NCBI GenBank assembly: GCA_023544525.1
Contig: JAMJFU010000002.1
Location: forward strand, 1 to 56,854
Source: Anaerolineae bacterium
GTDB taxonomy: Bacteria; Chloroflexota; Anaerolineae; JAAYZQ01
Direction: 5' to 3'
Length of the DNA stretch: 56,854 nucleotides
Made by a program: the position numbers and the translations under genes. Shown here in pieces: positions 51,338 to 56,854 of this stretch. The notes beneath the pieces were generated by a model. The model did no database searches, was not told where the DNA came from, and was given only the letters and a program-made list of their open reading frames with translations. How positions within the stretch are numbered: the first letter of the stretch is position 1; each line of letters opens with the position of its first letter.

Positions 51338-52465
51338 TCAATCTACCTGGCGGGCGACAGCACGCAAACCCAATCCCCACATGACGATGCCCAGGATGGC
51401 CAGCGCGGCGGCGTTGCGCCAGAGTTCCTCCAAGCCGGCCCCCTTTAGCATCACGCTGCGGAGGATGGCCAGGTAGTGCTGCAAAGGCACAAAGCGGGCT
51501 ATCATCTGCAGTGCCTCCGGCATGTTCTTGACCGGCACCAAAAAACCTGAGAAGGCCACGTCGACCATGGCCTGGATAAAGACAAAGAGGATGGCCTGTT
51601 GCTGTGTGCGCGAGATGGCCGACAGGACGAGGCCCCAGCCGACCTGGGTGGTGATGAAAAGCAGGGAGAGGGCTATGAGCAGGAGCGGGGATCCGTTCAT
51701 AGGCGTGTCGAAGACTGTCAGGCTGATGATCCACATGACGCCGAAATTCAGCCCGCCGATGGCGATGGCCGGCAGCCCTTTTCCCAGCGTCAGCTCAAAA
51801 TGGCGCAACGGTGTGACCATCAATTGCTCCAACGTGCCCAATTCCCTCTCCCGGGCCAGGCCCAGCGCCGCGACGGCGAGCGTAACCTGGTAGATGATAA
51901 AGCCCAACTGGGCCGGGATGGTATAGTCGCGGATGTCCATCGTGGGATTGAAGCGGATGTTGGTCCGAAAGTCGATAATCTCGGGCACCATCAGGCCCGA
52001 CGACACAGCCAGGTCAGCCGAAAATCGGCTCAGCACGTTGCCAGCGGCGCTCAAGGTTACCGAGGCAGCCATGGTGTTGGTCCCATCGGCGAAGAGCTGG
52101 ACCTGCACCTGCCGGGCAGCGGCCTGGCGCACGGCCAGGAGCCTTTCGGCAAAGCCTGCGGGAATCACGACAGCCAGCCGGGCATCGCCCCCGTCCAAGA
52201 GCTCATGGATCTGCTCATAGTTGTCCACATAAAACTGCACCTGTAGTTCGTCACTGTTGTCGAGATCCACGATTAGCTGCCTGCTCAGGCGGCTGCGATC
52301 CAGGTCAAGGATGGCTACAGGCTGTTCGCTGATGCCGCGCTCGACGTTCTGGGCCATGAGGAGCAGTTGCAGGACCGGAGCCAGCAGAATAAAGCCTGTC
52401 AACAGGCGGTCGCGCGCGAACTGGATCAATTCCTTGATGATTACATTCCAGATGCGGACGAACAT
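51338..52465 (-). CDS. ABC-2 type permease (YbhR/YhhJ-like, large N-terminal loop)
   Basis: 375 aa. N-terminal IIKELIQFARDR, a large extracytoplasmic region, then five or six TM segments. Confidence 0.85.
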   Translation of the reverse strand: MFVRIWNVIIKELIQFARDRLLTGFILLAPVLQLLLMAQNVERGISEQPVAILDLDRSRLSRQLIVDLDNSDELQVQFYVDNYEQIHELLDGGDARLAVVIPAGFAERLLAVRQAAARQVQVQLFADGTNTMAASVTLSAAGNVLSRFSADLAVSSGLMVPEIIDFRTNIRFNPTMDIRDYTIPAQLGFIIYQVTLAVAALGLARERELGTLEQLMVTPLRHFELTLGKGLPAIAIGGLNFGVMWIISLTVFDTPMNGSPLLLIALSLLFITTQVGWGLVLSAISRTQQQAILFVFIQAMVDVAFSGFLVPVKNMPEALQMIARFVPLQHYLAILRSVMLKGAGLEELWRNAAALAILGIVMWGLGLRAVARQVD

Positions 52466-52485
52466 GGTAAGCAGGGCAGTGGGTC

Positions 52486-53601
52486 TCAGCCCACCCTCTT
52501 TTTGAAGGAGAGCAAGCCAAGGGCGAGGGCAACCAAGCCCATCCCCAGCAGGATGAGGGCTGGTTGCACCATCTGGGCCAGGCCGAGCCCCTTCAGAAAG
52601 ATGACGCGGCTGATCTCGACAAAGTGAGTGCTGGGCAGTACGTAGGACGTGAGGACCGAGAACGGCGACCCTGTGCTCACCGGGGTGATCAGCCCAGCCA
52701 GAAAGAAGCTGGGCACGATAAAGACGAGCAGGACGATGAACATGGCCGTCTGTTGGCTTTTGACATAATTAGCCACAACGACTACAGCGGCCATGCAGGC
52801 CAGGAAATAGTCGGCTGCCAGCAGCAGGTACAGGGCCAGGTTGCCACGAAATGGGACCTCGAACCATAGCACGGCCACCAGCAAAGCAAGGAGCGCGCTG
52901 ACCTGGCCGGTGATGATATAGGCAGCCACCTTGCCCACCACGTACTCGAATCCCAGCACGGGGGTTGCCATCAGGCCCTCCAGCGTGCCGGTCTCCTTCT
53001 CCCGGGTCAGTGCCAGGGCAAGGGCCAGGGTGGGCATGATGAGGACGATGGCCAACAGGCCGGGCACCATGCCATGCAGGGAGAGAAGGCCCGCATTGTA
53101 CCAGGCCTGCGTCAGGACTTCCACAGGCTGGCTGGCCATCACCGGACCCGTGGTGGCGGTGCCGGCGACAAAGGCCGCCGAAAGACTGCTCAGGAGGTTG
53201 ATGGCCTGGCTGCCGGCGAAGGGATCGGTGCCATCGATGATGGCCTGCACCTGGGCGGCCTGCCCGCCGCGCACCTCAGCGGCAAAGCCTGGCGGAATGA
53301 CCAGGGCGACGTCGACCGTGCCCTCCAGGAGGAGGGGATCGATCGCGTCGTAGCCAGTGACGGTGTGGGTCAGATTCAGATCCTGGTTGCTGGTCAAGGA
53401 GGCCAGGTAGCGGCGGGAGAGCGAGGTGCGATCCAGGTCGAGCACGACCAAGCTAAACTGCTTGATTTCAAAAGAGAAGACGTAGGAGAGCAGGACGAGC
53501 AGGAAGGCTGGCGAGACCGTCACGAGAAAGAGGTTCCGCGGGTCACGGACGATGTGCAACACCTCTTTGCGCATGACGGCAAACAGCCGACGCAGTGACA
53601 T
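52486..53601 (-). CDS. ABC-2 type permease (YbhS-like)
   Basis: 371 aa. MRKEVLHIVRDPRNLF, same architecture as the downstream paralog. GAGGAG RBS. Confidence 0.85.
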   Translation of the reverse strand: MSLRRLFAVMRKEVLHIVRDPRNLFLVTVSPAFLLVLLSYVFSFEIKQFSLVVLDLDRTSLSRRYLASLTSNQDLNLTHTVTGYDAIDPLLLEGTVDVALVIPPGFAAEVRGGQAAQVQAIIDGTDPFAGSQAINLLSSLSAAFVAGTATTGPVMASQPVEVLTQAWYNAGLLSLHGMVPGLLAIVLIMPTLALALALTREKETGTLEGLMATPVLGFEYVVGKVAAYIITGQVSALLALLVAVLWFEVPFRGNLALYLLLAADYFLACMAAVVVVANYVKSQQTAMFIVLLVFIVPSFFLAGLITPVSTGSPFSVLTSYVLPSTHFVEISRVIFLKGLGLAQMVQPALILLGMGLVALALGLLSFKKRVG

Positions 53602-53638
53602 GGGTCGCTGAACTCCTCAAGTGGTGAGACTGCCGATC

Positions 53639-53667
53639 AGTATACCAGGGGTGAGGGGTTCCGTCAA
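53639..53667 (-). promoter_or_regulatory. Promoter TTGACG-N17-TATACT with extended -10 (TGg) for the ABC-2 permease pair
   Basis: On the minus strand, -35 is at 53662-53667 and -10 is at 53639-53644, about 35 nt upstream of ATG 53601. Confidence 0.45.
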
Positions 53668-53700
53668 AGACAAATCGCCCGGGTAGCGGGATCCCGGGCG
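53666..53700 (-). terminator. Candidate terminator of the GH57 gene
   Basis: 8-bp GC stem CGCCCGGG (53676-53683) with CCCGGGCG (53693-53700). On the minus strand it is followed by ATTTGTCTTTG. Confidence 0.4.
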
Positions 53701-53790
53701 CGCAACAGGCTCAGTGGACGTGGATCTGGGTGGCCCGCCTGCCGGCTTCTGGCGCCCGGGTGCCGGGAGAAGCAGGTGTGCCGGCCAACC

Positions 53791-56007
53791 TCAGGCCACC
53801 GGCCTGAGGTTAAAACTCAGCGTGTCATGGGTAGGCAGCGCCTCGGTCAGGACCTCATCCCGGGCGAGTGTCACAGCCAGTTCCAGATTGTCGCCCAATT
53901 GCAGGCCCAGCCCCTTGAGCGAAATGGCCAGTTCGACAACACGCTCGCCTACGGCGATGGTGCCCAGATGCGTCACAGGCCGCCATATCTCCTGGCCGTC
54001 AGCCCGGTACAGGGTTGCCTCGTGGCGCCCTGCGGGCAGGAGGATCTCCCAGGCGAGCCCGACGCCACTGGGACCCAGGGCCGGGTTGGTATCTGCAAAT
54101 CGCACGCGCTGATTGGCCTTGCGCCGGCCGGGTGCAGTCAGGTAGAACGCAACCTGGAAGGGGGCCACAGGCTCGTTGAGTTCCAGCCGCAAGAACAGGT
54201 CGGCCGGGTTGTAGCCATAGTACAAGCGCCGGATGAGGGTGTGGCCTTTCTGCATGGTGCCGCTGGAAGCCACTGGATCGAGGAATCCGGCTCCCGTCCA
54301 CTCCAGGGAGATCGCCGGGGCGGCCGACAGGTGGGGCGTGATATAGGCCGCGACCGGCCGGTGGTGCACTGGCGCCGCGAGGCCGGCGATCGGTTCATCC
54401 AGCCAGGCCGGCACCGGCAGGCCGAGGGTCATATAGACGGAGGCCAGATGGCCCCGAAACGCCTTGTCAAAGAGGTAGTCCTGATCTGACGAGTTGCGGC
54501 TATAGTACCACCAGAACCAATCGCTGCCTTCGGCAACATAGATCGCCCTCCATGCCCGCTCGAGGACATCGGCGTCCAGGAGTGGATATTCAGCATGCCA
54601 GGCACACAGCCGGTCCCGCGTGCGGGCCAGGCACTCCCAGGCCCGGTTCTGTTCTGCCTCACCGATCCACGTCTCCAGGTTGTGGTTGATCCAGGATCCG
54701 GTGTGCAGGGTCGAGATCTCCTCACGCGGGGGATGCTCTGCCAGGTACTCACTGACAGTGACTGCCTGGAGGTCCGGGTCGTCGCCCAAGAGGTGGTAGA
54801 GATGGTGCAGAAAGACGTCGCCGTTGTGCTCGTATTCCTCCCAGCAGTTCTCGCCGTCCAGGATAATAGATACCAGATGGGGCTGTTCTGACTCGTTCAG
54901 GGTCTCGCGAATGCGGTGCAGCCTGTGGATCAGATCCTCCGCCGCGTGTCGTCCATTCCAGTCCTTGTAGACAAAGCCGATGCGGTCCGAAAGAAAACGG
55001 TCACGGAAGATGATGGCCGGCGGCTGCTTGCCGACGCGGGTGCGATAGGGCTGGTAGAGGAGCCGTGGATTGGTGACATGGCCGTAGCCATCGCGCTGTG
55101 TCCACTCGCCGTAGCTACGGGCCAACACCGCCTCGTCAGAAGCGAACCAGCCGTAGCCTTCGGCGGCAAGCTGGTAGACCATTTCGGGACAAACTGCACC
55201 TTCCGAGGGCCACATGCCTCGGGGCCGGTGGCCAAAGTGGCGCTGGTGCGACTCGACGGCCAGCCGGATCTGCTCGCTGGCGTCTTCGGGATGGGCAAAG
55301 GGCACGTTAGGCAAGGGCAGCCCCGGGCTTGCGCGCCGGGCATGATGATTATCGACCAGGAGTGGCAAGATCGGATGGTAGTAGGGCGAGCTGGAAAGCT
55401 CAAGCTGGCCCCGCTCCTGCAGCTCCCGGTAGAGAGGCAGGACGCGCCCCATGATCTCCCGTTGCTTGTCGAGGACGGCTTGTACGTCATCGATGTCAAA
55501 ATGGGCGCCCTTGTCGACCATCTCCCGCAGCAAGGGGTCCTGCTCCAACCAGTTGGGGTCGATCCAGGCCAGGTTGAACCACATGACCAGGTCCCGGTAA
55601 TAGTCTTGGGCGAAGAGTAGCGCTTCGTCGCGCGCATTCTGGCGCAACTGAAGCAGCTGCCAGTAGCGGGGGTAGCGGCGGATGATATTGTCCCAATGGA
55701 TGCTGAAGCAGTTGGCGAGAAGATATGCCTTTTCGTCCGAAGTCCAGGAATTCTGCACGCTGAGGACCTGTATCCGATCGACGGCCTGGCCCTGGGCATA
55801 CTCAACCAGTTGCTCGATCAGAGAGGGGACGGTGTTCAAGGTTACGTGGACATCAGGGTGGTCTGCCAGCACCTCGGCCATGTGCAGGTAGTCCTTGACA
55901 GCATGGAGACGGACCCAGGGCAAGATATACTGGCCCTGTAGCCCGTTTTTGTAGTAAGGCTGGTGCATATGCCAGACCAAGGCCACGTATAGAGGATGGC
56001 TCAACAC
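53791..56007 (-). CDS. Glycoside hydrolase family 57 protein (alpha-amylase / amylopullulanase / branching-enzyme-like)
   Basis: N-terminus YVALVWHMHQPYY. ...SPYYHPILPLL... and ...WPSEGAV... are GH57 hallmarks. 738 aa. Start is GTG 56007 or TTG 56004. Confidence 0.9.
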   Translation of the reverse strand: MLSHPLYVALVWHMHQPYYKNGLQGQYILPWVRLHAVKDYLHMAEVLADHPDVHVTLNTVPSLIEQLVEYAQGQAVDRIQVLSVQNSWTSDEKAYLLANCFSIHWDNIIRRYPRYWQLLQLRQNARDEALLFAQDYYRDLVMWFNLAWIDPNWLEQDPLLREMVDKGAHFDIDDVQAVLDKQREIMGRVLPLYRELQERGQLELSSSPYYHPILPLLVDNHHARRASPGLPLPNVPFAHPEDASEQIRLAVESHQRHFGHRPRGMWPSEGAVCPEMVYQLAAEGYGWFASDEAVLARSYGEWTQRDGYGHVTNPRLLYQPYRTRVGKQPPAIIFRDRFLSDRIGFVYKDWNGRHAAEDLIHRLHRIRETLNESEQPHLVSIILDGENCWEEYEHNGDVFLHHLYHLLGDDPDLQAVTVSEYLAEHPPREEISTLHTGSWINHNLETWIGEAEQNRAWECLARTRDRLCAWHAEYPLLDADVLERAWRAIYVAEGSDWFWWYYSRNSSDQDYLFDKAFRGHLASVYMTLGLPVPAWLDEPIAGLAAPVHHRPVAAYITPHLSAAPAISLEWTGAGFLDPVASSGTMQKGHTLIRRLYYGYNPADLFLRLELNEPVAPFQVAFYLTAPGRRKANQRVRFADTNPALGPSGVGLAWEILLPAGRHEATLYRADGQEIWRPVTHLGTIAVGERVVELAISLKGLGLQLGDNLELAVTLARDEVLTEALPTHDTLSFNLRPVA

Positions 56008-56135
56008 TCCTCCTCGAGTGCTAGATAGCCCAAAAAACCCGTTCTCCTGAACAACCGCTGGCTGCCAGCAACCGGCGGTTGCCGAAAACGGGCTCTATTA
56101 GAGACGGTCGCTGGCCCGAGGGCCAGGTAGGGAAA

Positions 56136-56411
56136 TCAGGCAGCTTGCTGCTTGGCCTGATTCAGTTGCCTCATCAAGCGCGATTTGCGGCGGGCTGCGT
56201 TGTTCTGATGAATGACGCCCTTCTGGGCTGCTTTATCCAGTGCGCTGGCCGCTTTCAGGGCCATGGCCTCAGCGTCCTCCAGCTGTCCGGAGGCGATCAG
56301 CTTGCGCGTTTGTCGAACAAAGGTCCGTGCCCGCGAGCGATGGACCTGATTGATCCGGCGCTTTCGTTCCGAACTCCGAATGCGCTTGATGGCTGACTTG
56401 GTGTTTGCCAA
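56136..56411 (-). CDS. rpsT: 30S ribosomal protein S20
   Basis: TTG start. [33 protein letters not shown]...[16 protein letters not shown], 91 aa. Confidence 0.95.
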   Translation of the reverse strand: MANTKSAIKRIRSSERKRRINQVHRSRARTFVRQTRKLIASGQLEDAEAMALKAASALDKAAQKGVIHQNNAARRKSRLMRQLNQAKQQAA

Positions 56412-56452
56412 AGCTACTTCTCTCCCTTCGTGTCTTCCAAACTGCGGGCGCC

Positions 56453-56481
56453 ATTATAGCCGAACCGTGCACAAAAGTCAA
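56453..56481 (-). promoter_or_regulatory. Promoter TTGACT-N17-TATAAT for rpsT
   Basis: On the minus strand, -35 is at 56476-56481 and -10 is at 56453-56458, in the context GCTATAATGG. Confidence 0.5.
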
Positions 56482-56546
56482 ACGATGGACGGATCAGGGC
56501 GCGGGAAGTCATGTGAGCTACAGGTTCAGGATGTTGCCCTGTCTCC

Positions 56547-56574
56547 TTGACGCTTGGTTGAAACCTGGTATAAT
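56547..56574 (+). promoter_or_regulatory. Promoter TTGACG-N16-TATAAT with extended -10 (TGg)
   Basis: -35 at 56547-56552 and -10 at 56569-56574, upstream of the last partial ORF. Confidence 0.45.
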
Positions 56575-56634
56575 GTCTATTGTAGATGTTCTGTCCGCTG
56601 GCCTATGATCTACTTCCTGGATAGGGGGACACCC

Positions 56635-56854
56635 GTGGGCAAAGAGATTGTCAGCGTGAGCCTCGGACCATCTAGCCGCAACTATGAATTCACCACTCAG
56701 ATCTTTGACGAACCCGTCCATGTGCGGCGTGTTGGTGCGGACGGCGATGCCGGGCGCGCAGCGGAGCTGGTCGCCGAGTTCGATGGCCGGGCAGACGCCA
56801 TTGGCCTGGGCGGGATGAATGTGCACTTTAAGGTCGGGCATCGCACCTACGTCC
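56635..56854 (+). CDS. Conserved hypothetical protein, N-terminal fragment (continues past the right edge)
   Basis: Not in the track (no stop in the window). GTG 56635 with AGGGGGA RBS (alternative in-frame ATG 56605). It reads VGKEIVSVSLGPSSRNYEFTTQIFDEPVHVRRVGADGDAGRAAELVAEFDGRADAIGLGGMNVHF... I vaguely recall this pattern from proteins often labelled 'quinate 5-dehydrogenase'-like. I am not confident of the function. Confidence 0.55.
   Translation, partial: MGKEIVSVSLGPSSRNYEFTTQIFDEPVHVRRVGADGDAGRAAELVAEFDGRADAIGLGGMNVHFKVGHRTYV

Noticed and set aside
56012-56024. GAGTGCTAG resembling half of a CIRCE heat-shock operator near the GH57 start
   Set aside because: Only one imperfect half-site is present. 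There is no inverted partner at N9 spacing, and it is not next to a chaperone gene.

Overview
GC-rich bacterial chromosomal window. Gene content, Pro/Thr-rich linkers, a GH57 enzyme and a bS22-type mini ribosomal protein suggest a Chloroflexota-like organism, but I cannot verify taxonomy here. I support about 55 protein-coding genes. I found no rRNA or tRNA genes, CRISPR arrays, transposases, integrases or phage genes. Many long ORFs in the supplied track are antisense shadows of real genes, as expected in high-GC DNA.

Gene order, left to right:
- AOR-family aldehyde oxidoreductase (partial, absent from the track) plus a polyferredoxin
- a Trp/Cys-rich hypothetical protein
- a stand-alone EF-G
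- two tandem Hsp20 genes
- an ABC-2 permease pair
- an amidohydrolase
- an orphan Dam methylase
- a LuxR-TM-Kelch regulator
- a long minus-strand block (12.6-23.3 kb): rmlB, B12-radical SAM, a 30-aa bS22-like ORF (absent from the track), rmlA-like, class II aldolase, URO-D/MtaA-like enzyme, two BMC-P vertex proteins, PduT-like BMC-T, PduS-like Fe-S flavoprotein, AttH/CrtC-like protein, radical SAM/SPASM
- a LysM-M23 lipoprotein, TrmH and ClC operon
- ftsK
- a BMP-family (nucleoside-type) ABC transporter whose ATPase carries a hydrophobic insertion, followed by a URO-D family gene
- a cell-wall cluster (lipoprotein, M23 peptidase, LysM/TolB-like protein)
- a TPR protein and DedA
- leuC, leuD and leuB-like genes
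- PLDc_N, ABC ATPase and ABC-2 permease
- acyl-CoA dehydrogenase
- glpK
- a second ABC-2 permease pair
- GH57
- rpsT
- a partial conserved ORF

Most unusual region: the operon at about 15.2-22.0 kb. It encodes bacterial-microcompartment parts (PduS, PduT, two pentamer proteins, and an aldolase with an encapsulation-peptide-like tail). It has no BMC-H hexamer gene and no canonical metabolosome core anywhere in the window, and it is translationally coupled to atypical partners.

All family calls come from reading motifs in the translations. No database search was possible.
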